Shown here: one piece after another, positions 30,027 to 39,753 of the stretch | Position numbering within the stretch: position 1 is the first letter of the stretch | How the letters are laid out: every line of letters starts with the position of its first letter | DNA from: a virus | Strand: one strand, 5' to 3' | DNA length: 64,000 bases | Virus record (IMG/VR): IMGVR_UViG_3300046028_007828 | Span: 12,533-76,532 of that record | Translations under genes and position numbers: made by a program | Notes under the pieces: generated by a model | Databases searched by the model: none | What the model saw: only the letters and a program-made list of their open reading frames with translations | What the model was told of the DNA's origin: nothing

Positions 30027-30842
30027 ATGGCATTAGACATATCAAAAATTAAAGCTCGCTTGGAGAGCATGAAAGCAAATTCGAACAAATCGACAAGCAT
30101 CTGGAAGCCAACTCCGGGAAAAACCACGGTGAGATTTCTTCCTTATACGCACAGTCCGGAATTTCCATTCGTTGAATTATTGTTTCACTACAACTTAAAC
30201 GGTAAGACATATTTGAGCCCTACGTCGTTTGGTCGACCGGACCCGATTGTGGAGTTTGCAACTAAACTTAAGAAGAATAGTTCAAGCAAAGAAGAGTGGA
30301 CCAAAGCTAGGGCGCTGGACCCAAAACCAAGAACATACGCGCCGATTCTAGTGCGCGGACAAGAAAATGAAGGTGTAAAATTCTGGGGAATGGGCAAGAC
30401 TGTATATCAATCCGTACTTGATATCATGAATGACTCCGACTTCGGAGATATTACCGATTTGAATACTGGTCGCGATATTCTTGTAGAATTTAAGACTGCT
30501 GCCGAGACTGGTAAGAGCTTCCCGGAAACAACTGTTCGTCCGAGGGGAAATACAACTCCGGCATTTGCATCGACGGATAAGGTTCTGTTTGAGAAGGTTA
30601 AGCATCAACGAAACATTGTGGAACTATTTCCAGAACTGTCGTATGATGAATTGACCGCAGTCATGGATACGTGGGTGAATTCCGTCGAAGGAAATCCGGA
30701 CGGAGAAGAAGCTCCCATTCCAACAATCGTTGACGATAGTGAAGCACCAGTGATTGTGAGTTCCACAACAAAGGCATCGGTGAAATCGCCGATATCGCCA
30801 ACTGCGGCAAAGCAAGAGTTCGATGACATGTTCAACTCTTAA
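30027..30842 (+). CDS. Single-stranded DNA-binding protein (gp32-like)
   Basis: WKP..GK..VRFLP, GVKFWGMGK, GDITD...GRD, acidic FDDMF tail; precedes UvsX. Confidence 0.85.
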   Translation: MALDISKIKARLESMKANSNKSTSIWKPTPGKTTVRFLPYTHSPEFPFVELLFHYNLNGKTYLSPTSFGRPDPIVEFATKLKKNSSSKEEWTKARALDPKPRTYAPILVRGQENEGVKFWGMGKTVYQSVLDIMNDSDFGDITDLNTGRDILVEFKTAAETGKSFPETTVRPRGNTTPAFASTDKVLFEKVKHQRNIVELFPELSYDELTAVMDTWVNSVEGNPDGEEAPIPTIVDDSEAPVIVSSTTKASVKSPISPTAAKQEFDDMFNS

Positions 30843-30882
30843 AGTTGAATTAGTCTAACTGATAGATAATAAATGATATAAT

Positions 30883-30911
30883 GATGCGCCAGCCAATGCT
30901 GGCGTATCTTA
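30883..30911 (+). terminator. Stem-loop after ssb
   Basis: GATGCGCCAGC-CAAT-GCTGGCGTATC; weak U tract. Confidence 0.55.
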
Positions 30912-30930
30912 TATTGACCCTTTTACATAT

Positions 30931-32172
30931 ATGGAAAAATTAGAAAAACTTGAAAAGAAGAAACGCGTCGAGGTGGAAATGGATTCACAAGATAATCTTG
31001 GTGAAGTCTTAGCCGAGGCAATTAACAAAGCCCAAGGAGAAAAGGTAGCATTTTTCTTGGACGAGGATGAAGACGCCTCGCAAGTGACGGATTGGATTAC
31101 AACCGGAAACGATTTAGTGGATTTGTCCATCGCAAATCGACCAAATGCGGGAATCCCAGTCGGCAGAATAACCGAATTGACTGGCCTCGAAGGCTCTGGA
31201 AAGAGTTTGATGGCCGCTCATATAATAAAAGCTACCCAACAAAAAGGCGGAATGGCTGTTTTATTTGACACCGAATGCGCAATTGAAAGAAATTGGTTGG
31301 CCGGAATTGGTGTAGACGTCAGCAAGGGAAACTTGATGATTGTAAACATGAATATTCTAGAACACATATTCGACTCAATTGAGCAAATTATTGTGGGAGT
31401 CCGCAAGGCGAATAAAAACAGATTAGTGACGATTATTGTGGATAGCATCGCGGCCACGTCTACGTTGAAAGAAATGGCGGCGGACCACGGTGTAGATGGA
31501 TACGCCACAGGTAAAGCTATCATCACCAGCAAGGCAATGCGAAAAATTACACAATTGATTGCAAAGCAACGAGTATGTCTAATATTTGCAAATCAACTTC
31601 GCCAAAAAATTGGGTTTGTTGGCCTCGGAGATCCGTGGACAACCAGCGGAGGAAAAGCACTCGCATACCACGCATCGCTTAGATTGCGGCTCAAGCCGGT
31701 GGGACAAATCAAGACTGCTGACAAAAATGTCGTTGGCGTGAAGACAAAATGTACGGTGATAAAAAACCGCATGGGACCGCCACTGAAAAGCGTCGAGTTC
31801 AACATTTTCTTCGACCGTGGTATCGACAATTATGGAAATTGGCTTGAAAAATTGCTCGAATGGGATGTAATCACGAACGCGAAGAAGGAAAAGAGCGACG
31901 TGAAAAAGTCCAAGAAGGAAAAAGACGCAGAGAAAGAGGAAGATAAGAAAGCGAAAAGTCTTCAATTCATCATGACAGTCGAGGGCAAAGAGCCCGAGAC
32001 TGTGGTGTTTGAAAAGAAAGAATTCACTAAATTGATAGCCGACAGACAGGAATGTAGAGATTATCTATATACCAAGCTGTGCGATGAGTTTATTATGAAA
32101 TATAGAACTCCGTCTGGCGACGCTGGCGATGACATCGAAATTGATGCTGTTGGCGAGGGTATGGACGAATAA
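30931..32172 (+). CDS. uvsX: RecA/UvsX recombinase
   Basis: GRITELTGLEGSGKS, IIVDSIAA, NQLRQKIG, SGGKAL, KNRMGPP. Confidence 0.93.
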   Translation: MEKLEKLEKKKRVEVEMDSQDNLGEVLAEAINKAQGEKVAFFLDEDEDASQVTDWITTGNDLVDLSIANRPNAGIPVGRITELTGLEGSGKSLMAAHIIKATQQKGGMAVLFDTECAIERNWLAGIGVDVSKGNLMIVNMNILEHIFDSIEQIIVGVRKANKNRLVTIIVDSIAATSTLKEMAADHGVDGYATGKAIITSKAMRKITQLIAKQRVCLIFANQLRQKIGFVGLGDPWTTSGGKALAYHASLRLRLKPVGQIKTADKNVVGVKTKCTVIKNRMGPPLKSVEFNIFFDRGIDNYGNWLEKLLEWDVITNAKKEKSDVKKSKKEKDAEKEEDKKAKSLQFIMTVEGKEPETVVFEKKEFTKLIADRQECRDYLYTKLCDEFIMKYRTPSGDAGDDIEIDAVGEGMDE

Positions 32173-32217
32173 AAATTAATCGCGTGGAGTGAAATACCTC
32201 CACGCGGTTCTCATTAC

Positions 32218-33282
32218 ATGGAAAACGATACTAAGAAAAAATTTACGTCTCTATTTGCTCAAATAAAAGAGGAGCACGCCACGGCTGTAATCACACCGAG
32301 GACTAAAAATAGTGACATACTGGTTATTGATGGTACCAATAATTTTATACGCACTTGGTCGGTAGTCCCAACTCTTAACGATAACGGAGAACACGTCGGC
32401 GGAGTGAGTGGGTTTTTAACTACAATCGGACATGCGATTAAATTACTAACTCCCACGAAGGTCATTATTGTTTTTGATGGAAAGGGCGGGTCGCAGAGAA
32501 GAAAGAAACTATATCCGGACTACAAGAATAAACGGGCAATGAAAGTCCGAGTGAATCGAGCATACGAGGAAATGAGCGACCCACAGACCGAACAGGATTC
32601 TATGATAAATCAACTCATGATGCTCATTGACTATTTAAAGTCTTTGCCGGTGAGTGTGGTAGCTATAGATTATATAGAAGCCGACGACACGATTGGATTT
32701 ATCGCGACTCAAATGTATCCTACGTCACGAATCACAATCATGAGCGCAGACAAGGATTTCTTACAACTGGTAAATGACCGAGTGTCCATTTGGAGCCCCA
32801 CAAAAAAGAAATTGTACGGAGTTCAAGACGTAATAAATGAATACGGAATACACCCAATAAACTTCATATACTACAGAATCCTCGAAGGAGATACATCGGA
32901 TAATATAGGAGGTGTTAAAGGTATCGGACTAATAACAGCAAAAAAGAGATTTCCTGTCCTACTGGACAGCAAAGAAACTTCCGTTGATGCCATCCTGACT
33001 ATCGCCAAGGAACGGGTGAATGAGAGTAAAGTATTCTCAACCGTAGCAGACAGTGCCGATATCTTGGACAGAAATTACAACCTGATGCAATTAAAGACAC
33101 CGAGTTTTTCTCCGACGTTACAACTGAAAATTTTCGACACCGTAGACAACGTTAACAAATATAATAAGCTAGAATTTATGCAGAAGATAGCAATGCGTAA
33201 AATGCAAGCGAGCATCCCAAATTATCTAGCGTGGGTAAATGAAGTATTCAACCCACTATCAGTATTTTCAACGTCAGAATAA
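32218..33282 (+). CDS. 5'-3' exonuclease / T4 RNase H-like
   Basis: IDGTN, VFDG, YK.KR, EADD, SADKDFLQL, GDTSDNI.GVKGIG. Confidence 0.92.
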   Translation: MENDTKKKFTSLFAQIKEEHATAVITPRTKNSDILVIDGTNNFIRTWSVVPTLNDNGEHVGGVSGFLTTIGHAIKLLTPTKVIIVFDGKGGSQRRKKLYPDYKNKRAMKVRVNRAYEEMSDPQTEQDSMINQLMMLIDYLKSLPVSVVAIDYIEADDTIGFIATQMYPTSRITIMSADKDFLQLVNDRVSIWSPTKKKLYGVQDVINEYGIHPINFIYYRILEGDTSDNIGGVKGIGLITAKKRFPVLLDSKETSVDAILTIAKERVNESKVFSTVADSADILDRNYNLMQLKTPSFSPTLQLKIFDTVDNVNKYNKLEFMQKIAMRKMQASIPNYLAWVNEVFNPLSVFSTSE

Positions 33283-33283
33283 T

Positions 33284-34078
33284 ATGAAAGCATTCGTAAA
33301 AACAAACAACGGCACATTTCCAAACATCAATTTTTATTGTGCGTGGGAAGCATTTAACACACTGGGATATGACGTTGTTTGTTTTGAAGAAAAGGATTTG
33401 GATAAACTTGATATAACTATACACACACCCCTGTTCGCCGGAGTGACAGTATTTCGCAAGGCGATTGACAAACTTGGTGTGAATTATCCACCGTTTGATT
33501 GCTATCCAGAGGTGTTAAATCCGCACTACGCCAGAAAAATTGAAAAAAGTACACTCGGAGAAGTGCGGGCAAAGTTTAATGATGACGAGATCCCGGTATT
33601 TGTAAAACCAATCAAGCCGAAAGAATTCAATGGTGTGGTATTAAAGTCGATGTTAGATTTACTTCCAATTTACACCAAGAAGGACGATGTGCCTGTTTAT
33701 GTTTCTGACCCAATTGACATTGTGTCCGAATTTCGTGTTTATGTCATGGAAGGCGAGATTCTAGCGGTTAAGCATTATTATGGCGAGTGGCAAATAGTAC
33801 CAGACATAAATTTTGTGGAAGAAGTCGTAAGAAATTACAAGCCAAGTCCCGTAGCATACGGGGTAGACGTTGGTGTAACCAACAATGGCCAAAATTTTGT
33901 TATAGAGGCTAATGATGGATGCAACTTGGGCAATTACGGCTTAGATTCTATACATTATGGTGAGATGATTATTGCCAGATGGGTAGAAATAGTCGGCGGA
34001 GGAAATAATAAGTCCGACGGCTTGAAGAATTTAATGCAAGCCAGAGCGGAAGAGATTAGAAAAAGTCTCCACCGATAA
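33284..34078 (+). CDS. ATP-grasp protein (DUF4343/R2K-like)
   Basis: PVFVKP..K.F.G, SEFRVYV, YGVDVG, VIEAND. Confidence 0.78.
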   Translation: MKAFVKTNNGTFPNINFYCAWEAFNTLGYDVVCFEEKDLDKLDITIHTPLFAGVTVFRKAIDKLGVNYPPFDCYPEVLNPHYARKIEKSTLGEVRAKFNDDEIPVFVKPIKPKEFNGVVLKSMLDLLPIYTKKDDVPVYVSDPIDIVSEFRVYVMEGEILAVKHYYGEWQIVPDINFVEEVVRNYKPSPVAYGVDVGVTNNGQNFVIEANDGCNLGNYGLDSIHYGEMIIARWVEIVGGGNNKSDGLKNLMQARAEEIRKSLHR

Positions 34079-34095
34079 CGTTTAGTATTTATCAT

Positions 34096-34123
34096 TTGAC
34101 TATGCCCAGATATCGGGTAAGAT
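34096..34123 (+). promoter_or_regulatory. Promoter for helicase
   Basis: TTGACT-16nt-TAAGAT. Confidence 0.65.
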
Positions 34124-34140
34124 AGAGCCATCAACTTATT

Positions 34141-35538
34141 ATGGCACCAGTAATCATCGACAATCTGCACAAGTTTGGCTTGGAATTCCAAGTAAAAATC
34201 ATAGCAGGAATATTAACCGACAAAGTTTTTTTGGAGCGCGTCGTTGACATCATAGATGTCGAAGCGTTCGAAAACGAATCCCATCGCTGGATTCTAAAAG
34301 AAATTATTCAATATCATATACAATACAAGGATTTGCCGACATTCCAAGTTTTCAAGGTTCGCATTGTAACCATAGAGAACGAGGAATTCAAGGCCGCTAT
34401 CACGGAACAACTTAGGTCCGTGCACGCGAAGATTTCTGAAAAAGATTTGCAATTCGTGAGAGAACAATTTTTGGAATTTTGCAAAAATCAAAAATTGAAG
34501 AGTGCCATCATGGACTCCGTTGACCACTTGAAGAGTGGTGAATACGAAAAGATTAAGTCCCTAGTTGACGGCGCAATGAAAGCGGGCATGGAACGAAACC
34601 TTGGCCATAATTATCACGTCGATATAGCAACGCGCATGAGTGAAATGTGCCGAAAAACTATTTCTACGGGATGGGCACCGGTTGATAAATTGTTGGATGG
34701 TGGACTCGGGCCGGGAGAACTTGGCATTGTAGTTGCCCCTGCTGGTATTGGCAAATCTTGGCTGTTGTGCTCACTCGGAGCCCGCGCCATGAAACAAGGC
34801 AAAAATATTGCACATTTCACCTTAGAGTTAAATGAAAATTATGTTGGCCTTCGGTATGACTGCTGCTTCACGGGAATCAACTTCCAAGAGATTAAATATA
34901 AACAGGACGAGGTTGCCGAAAAAATCAAGGGAATCAAAGGTAAACTATTTGTCAAATATTTCCCTCTTAAAACGGTAAGTGCACAATCACTCAAATTCCA
35001 TGTAGAAAGAATACAGGTATTAGAGGGAATCCGCATTGATGAAATGATCGTGGATTACGCCGACATTCTTCGACCAATTGAGAAAGAAAAGAACAGCAAC
35101 AGTTATTCTGAGGCCGGTGGTATATACGAAGAATTGCGCCAAGCGGCTGGAGAATTACAGATTCCGGTTTGGACAGCATCTCAGACCAATCGTGGCGGTG
35201 GCCAAGAGGACGTCGTTCAAGCTCACAACATCGCGGACAGTTATAGAAAGATTATGACTGCGGACTTTGTCATCAGCGTTTCGAGAAATGTGCAGGATAA
35301 AGCAAATAATACCGCCCGGTGCCATATTATAAAAAACCGATTTGGTCCGGATGGAATTACACTTTATGCCAAAATGGACACTGGAAACGGCCAGATTGAT
35401 TTATTTGACGCGGATTCAAAAGAATCCACGGGAATTAAATCTATTATGGAAGGCGATGAAAATACCGTGAAAAGTTCATTGAAGGCGAAGTGGAATGCAT
35501 CGCGCCAAAAGCAAAATGGAGAAAACGCAGATTTATAA
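34141..35538 (+). CDS. DnaB/gp41-like replicative helicase
   Basis: APAGIGKS, TLE, IVDYADI, WTASQTNR, KNRFGPDG. Confidence 0.93.
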   Translation: MAPVIIDNLHKFGLEFQVKIIAGILTDKVFLERVVDIIDVEAFENESHRWILKEIIQYHIQYKDLPTFQVFKVRIVTIENEEFKAAITEQLRSVHAKISEKDLQFVREQFLEFCKNQKLKSAIMDSVDHLKSGEYEKIKSLVDGAMKAGMERNLGHNYHVDIATRMSEMCRKTISTGWAPVDKLLDGGLGPGELGIVVAPAGIGKSWLLCSLGARAMKQGKNIAHFTLELNENYVGLRYDCCFTGINFQEIKYKQDEVAEKIKGIKGKLFVKYFPLKTVSAQSLKFHVERIQVLEGIRIDEMIVDYADILRPIEKEKNSNSYSEAGGIYEELRQAAGELQIPVWTASQTNRGGGQEDVVQAHNIADSYRKIMTADFVISVSRNVQDKANNTARCHIIKNRFGPDGITLYAKMDTGNGQIDLFDADSKESTGIKSIMEGDENTVKSSLKAKWNASRQKQNGENADL

Positions 35539-35619
35539 GAAAAAATTAAAAAATATATTTTCCAATTTTATTTTTTTAATAACTACTTATTTTCACCTTT
35601 AAATACAAAAAACTTTAAC

Positions 35620-36594
35620 ATGACAATTTTTGACGAACAAATCGCACGCAAACCGAACCGCTATCCTTGGGCACAAGAATACATAGACGCCATGTGGGCT
35701 GGACATTGGACTCCAAACGAGTTCACTTTTACGTCCGACTTGCAACAATATAAAACAGAAATGACCGCACAAGAGCAGTTGATTATTAAAAATGCTCTGA
35801 GCGCAATTGGACAAATTGAGATATCAGTAAAGAAGTTTTGGGCCAAATTGGGCGATGTATTACCACATCCAGCCATGAGCGATTTGGGAATAACGATGGC
35901 AAACATCGAAGTTATTCACAATAATGCGTACGAAAAACTACTCGAAGTGCTGCAAATGCAAGACGTATTTGAAGAAAACTTAAAACTTGATATTATTCAA
36001 GGGCGTGTCAAATATTTGCGCAAATATTTAGACAAGAATTACACAGATTCTCGTAAACAGTATATATATTCGCTGACTCTTTTTACGCTATATGTAGAAA
36101 ACGTATCTCTATTTAGTCAATTTTATATTATTAATTGGTTTAATCGTTATAAAGGTCTACTAAAAGATACAGCACAACAAGTTGCATATACAGCAAAAGA
36201 AGAAACACTTCATGGTCTTGCTGGTGTAAAAATTATAAATACAATTCGACAAGAATTGCCGGAGTTATTTGACGCGGAACTTGAAGCTCGTATTTTACAC
36301 GAAGCAGAAGAATCATACAATGCCGAATCAAAATTGATAGATTGGATGATTGGAGATTATAAAGACGACAAAATTAGTGCCGATATTCTTAAAGGATACG
36401 TACAAAGAAGATTGAACGACTCGCTAGAAATGATTGGCTTCAAGAAAATTTTTGATGTACCGCAAGAAATTATTGAGTTGACTATGTGGATGGATGAGGA
36501 TGTAATGGGAAACACTATGACGGATTTCTTTCACAAGCGTCCCGTAGAGTATTCCAAAAAAACGCAATCAATACAAGCAACCGATTTATTTTAA
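35620..36594 (+). CDS. nrdB: Ribonucleotide reductase class I beta subunit
   Basis: HWTPNEF, IEVIH..AY, VENVSLFSQF, KEETLH, TDFF.KRPVEYSK. Confidence 0.95.
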   Translation: MTIFDEQIARKPNRYPWAQEYIDAMWAGHWTPNEFTFTSDLQQYKTEMTAQEQLIIKNALSAIGQIEISVKKFWAKLGDVLPHPAMSDLGITMANIEVIHNNAYEKLLEVLQMQDVFEENLKLDIIQGRVKYLRKYLDKNYTDSRKQYIYSLTLFTLYVENVSLFSQFYIINWFNRYKGLLKDTAQQVAYTAKEETLHGLAGVKIINTIRQELPELFDAELEARILHEAEESYNAESKLIDWMIGDYKDDKISADILKGYVQRRLNDSLEMIGFKKIFDVPQEIIELTMWMDEDVMGNTMTDFFHKRPVEYSKKTQSIQATDLF

Positions 36595-36599
36595 TATAT

Positions 36600-38249
36600 A
36601 TGAGCAAGGATATTTACTGGTTAAACAAAGATTCTGTCACATTTCTTGAACGAGGATATCTTCCCAAAGGCCAAACCGCCGAGGAAAGAATTCACGAAAT
36701 CGCAAAAGCGGCAGAAAAAATTCTAAAGAAAAAAGGATTTTCCGACAAGTTCGAGGCATATATGCATAAGGGATGGTATAGTTTATCATCTCCGATATGG
36801 GCAAATTTTGGAAATGGTCGCGGATTGTCTATTTCGTGTAACGGTTCATATGTGTCTGACACAATGACTTCTATTCTGGAAAAAACTGCCGAGGTTGGTA
36901 TGCTCACAAAGTACGGTGCCGGTACCTCTGGATACTTTGGAGAACTGCGTGCAAGAGGCACTCCAATTAGCGTTGGAGGAACCAGTTCCGGTCCTGTTCA
37001 TTTCATGGAAATGTTTGATAGCGTGACGAGAGTGGTTTCACAATCAAACGTTCGTCGCGGTTCATTTGCAGCATATATGCCGATTGACCACCCGGATATT
37101 ATGGAATTCCTTGGTATTCGCGAAGAAGGTCATGCTATTCAAGATTTGAGCATTGGCGTTTGCGTAAGCAATAAGTTCATGCGCAAGATGATTGATGGGG
37201 ACAAGGATGCTCGGGGTGTTTGGGCCAAGGTTCTTAAGAAACGGTTCGAGTCTGGATATCCTTACATTTTCTTTAGTGACAACGTAAATGATAATGCTCC
37301 TCAAGTATACAAGGACAAGAAGATGAAGATATATGCTTCCAATCTTTGTTCCGAAATCTGCTTGAGTTCTTCACCAGATGAAACATTTGTTTGTAATCTA
37401 TCGTCTATGAACCTGCTTCATTATGACGATTGGAAGACAACGGATGCAGTCGAAACACTGACATACTTCCTCGATGCTGTGATGGAAGATTATATTCATG
37501 CAACTGAAAATATTCCATTCCTCAAGGCCGCTCATAATTTTGCTAAAAATCAACGTGCTCTTGGTATTGGCGTATTGGGTTGGCATTCTTATCTACAAAG
37601 CAAGATGATTGCTTTTGAGAGTATGGAATCCAAAATGCTCAACACCCAAATACATCGCGTTATTCGAGACAAGAGTATTGCTGCAAGTAAAGAAATGGCA
37701 AAGGAATATGGAGAACCGACATTGTTGAAGGGCTACGGATTGAGAAATGTCACTACGATGGCGATTGCTCCAACTACGAGCAGCTCATTTATATTGGGTC
37801 AAGTATCTCCTTCGGTCGAACCGCTTAACAGCAATTATTATACAAAAGATTTGGCTAAAGGCAAGTTCACTTATCGTAATCCATATCTTGAAAATGTATT
37901 GGAAAAGCATAATAAGAACACTCAAGAAGTGTGGAAGACTATTTTGCATAAGGGAGGAAGCGTCCAACATCTTGAGTTCTTGAGCGACCACGAAAAAGAA
38001 GTATTTAAGACTTTCGGTGAAATTTCACAAAAAGAAATTATAATTCAAGCGGCATCACGACAAAAGTATATCGACCAAGGGCAAAGCATAAATTTGCAAA
38101 TTCATCCAAAAACATCTGTGAAGGATGTAAATCAACTAATGATTTTTGCTTGGGAACAGGGCGTAAAGTGCCTTTATTATCAACGAGGAACCAATCCTGC
38201 CCAAGAATTGGGGAGAAGTATCTTAGACTGTAAGAGTTGTGAAGCTTAA
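36600..38249 (+). CDS. nrdA: Ribonucleotide reductase class I alpha subunit (short, no ATP cone)
   Basis: SISC, RRGS, SNLCSE, VCNL, IAPT, IDQGQS, LYYQR, C-terminal CKSC. Confidence 0.95.
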   Translation: MSKDIYWLNKDSVTFLERGYLPKGQTAEERIHEIAKAAEKILKKKGFSDKFEAYMHKGWYSLSSPIWANFGNGRGLSISCNGSYVSDTMTSILEKTAEVGMLTKYGAGTSGYFGELRARGTPISVGGTSSGPVHFMEMFDSVTRVVSQSNVRRGSFAAYMPIDHPDIMEFLGIREEGHAIQDLSIGVCVSNKFMRKMIDGDKDARGVWAKVLKKRFESGYPYIFFSDNVNDNAPQVYKDKKMKIYASNLCSEICLSSSPDETFVCNLSSMNLLHYDDWKTTDAVETLTYFLDAVMEDYIHATENIPFLKAAHNFAKNQRALGIGVLGWHSYLQSKMIAFESMESKMLNTQIHRVIRDKSIAASKEMAKEYGEPTLLKGYGLRNVTTMAIAPTTSSSFILGQVSPSVEPLNSNYYTKDLAKGKFTYRNPYLENVLEKHNKNTQEVWKTILHKGGSVQHLEFLSDHEKEVFKTFGEISQKEIIIQAASRQKYIDQGQSINLQIHPKTSVKDVNQLMIFAWEQGVKCLYYQRGTNPAQELGRSILDCKSCEA

Positions 38250-38267
38250 ATACTATAAAAACATCAC

Positions 38268-38298
38268 AAACCGCCGATAACTCGGCGGTTTTTTGTTT
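38268..38298 (+). terminator. Intrinsic terminator after nrdA
   Basis: AAACCGCCGA-TAAC-TCGGCGGTTT + T-run. Confidence 0.88.
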
Positions 38299-38413
38299 CT
38301 CATTATTTTAAGGAAACTCCCCGGTATTATATGATTTTTAATAGTATTTAGTATAAATTTATAAGCGAAATTGAGAGTTAGGAACTATTTATATACTAAA
38401 CGTATATACACTT

Positions 38414-39121
38414 ATGAATAGAGACGAATTAAAACAAGCCATCAAAAAGATTATATTACAAGAAATCACCAATAATCAGTTTGGTACTCCAAACCACGCC
38501 GACGATGTAGAAGGCGCGAAAGCGGTCGATAAGCTAATAGGCAAAGATGGTAAGACCATAAGTTCTCCGGGGACCGGTAAGGTTGTTGGCGATAAGAAGA
38601 ATCATAATGTAGCATTTTCTCGTCAGAGCGATGATAACTACGACGTAGTGTCAATCACAAATGGGTCGGATAGAAAAACCGCTAAAGGATTGACGTTGGA
38701 CAATGCGGTCAAGTTTGCTAAAGACCACGCGGATACATCCGACACCTCATACGTTGAAAAAGCCCGCGCCAAGTCTATAAACTCCGGCAAAGAAATAAAA
38801 CCGGAAAACCGCGATTCCAAGGTCGAAGACACGATGGAAGAGACTGATGAAGATACACAGAAAGATATTGCGGACGACAATGACAAGAAAGCGGAGGAGA
38901 AAGTTGATAAAGATTTGGCTCCGGTAAATTCAGATGTAGCTAGCCAGATGGGTGGAGCATTGGTGGATAAGATTGAAAAAATTATTGACCGAGTCCTTAA
39001 AGGAAAAGACAAAGTGGAGCCAAAGACGGCGTATTTAAAAACCGACTCTAAAATGGAAAGTCCTGACAAATTAACTGTCAAAGACAAGGGAACCCCTGCA
39101 TTTAAAGAAAAAAAGAAATAA
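38414..39121 (+). CDS. Hypothetical, putative head-internal protein
   Basis: MNRDELKQAIKKIILQE; TATTTATA at 38386. Confidence 0.65.
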   Translation: MNRDELKQAIKKIILQEITNNQFGTPNHADDVEGAKAVDKLIGKDGKTISSPGTGKVVGDKKNHNVAFSRQSDDNYDVVSITNGSDRKTAKGLTLDNAVKFAKDHADTSDTSYVEKARAKSINSGKEIKPENRDSKVEDTMEETDEDTQKDIADDNDKKAEEKVDKDLAPVNSDVASQMGGALVDKIEKIIDRVLKGKDKVEPKTAYLKTDSKMESPDKLTVKDKGTPAFKEKKK

Positions 39122-39124
39122 CAT

Positions 39125-39619
39125 ATGAAAAAATCTGAACTAGCGGAGTTGATTGCCGAAGTTATCTCAGAAATTAAATTGGACGAAAAAAACAGGTGTT
39201 GGACTGGTTATAAACCCACACCCGGCGTAGCGCCATATGAAAAAGGTAGTTGTGAAAAAGTTGAGGAGAACGATAATACCGAATCGGAAGATTTACGCGG
39301 CAGAGTAAAAGAAGTTGTCAAGGGAATGGTAAGAGAAATATTTCAAGGCGAACTTGATGAGGGTGGCACTGCTGACAAAAAAGGACACAAAAGTAAAAAA
39401 GGTGGACTTACTCAAAAAGGAAGAGATTCGTATAACAAAAAAACTGGAAGCAATCTTAAAGCTCCCGTCACAAAATCACATCCAAAGGGCAAAGATAAAT
39501 CACGTAAGGCATCATTCTGTGCAAGAATGTCTGGGGTAGAGGGTCCAATGAAAAAACCAAACGGCGAACCAACCCGCAAGGCTTTGGCCCTGCGCAGATG
39601 GAAATGCCAAGAAGAATAA
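39125..39619 (+). CDS. Putative head-internal protein with DUF6321-like basic domain
   Basis: MKKSELAELIAEVISE; CWTGY motif; GGL..KGR..Y....GSNLKAP...RKASFCARM...ALRRWKC. Confidence 0.7.
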   Translation: MKKSELAELIAEVISEIKLDEKNRCWTGYKPTPGVAPYEKGSCEKVEENDNTESEDLRGRVKEVVKGMVREIFQGELDEGGTADKKGHKSKKGGLTQKGRDSYNKKTGSNLKAPVTKSHPKGKDKSRKASFCARMSGVEGPMKKPNGEPTRKALALRRWKCQEE

Positions 39620-39644
39620 TAATCTTAATCCTATCACTCAATCA

Positions 39645-39672
39645 AAAAACCCACCAAATCAGGTGGGTTTTT
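39645..39672 (+). terminator. Intrinsic terminator
   Basis: AAAACCCACC-loop-GGTGGGTTTT + T-run. Confidence 0.85.
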
Positions 39673-39703
39673 ATTTTTAGTACTAAAAAATGATAAAAAC
39701 TGC

Positions 39704-39731
39704 TTGACTTTCTATATCCGCCGTGTAGGAT
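39704..39731 (+). promoter_or_regulatory. Promoter for rIIA
   Basis: TTGACT-16nt-TAGGAT. Confidence 0.7.
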
Positions 39732-39753
39732 GTGCGACGTAATAACTTAACAC

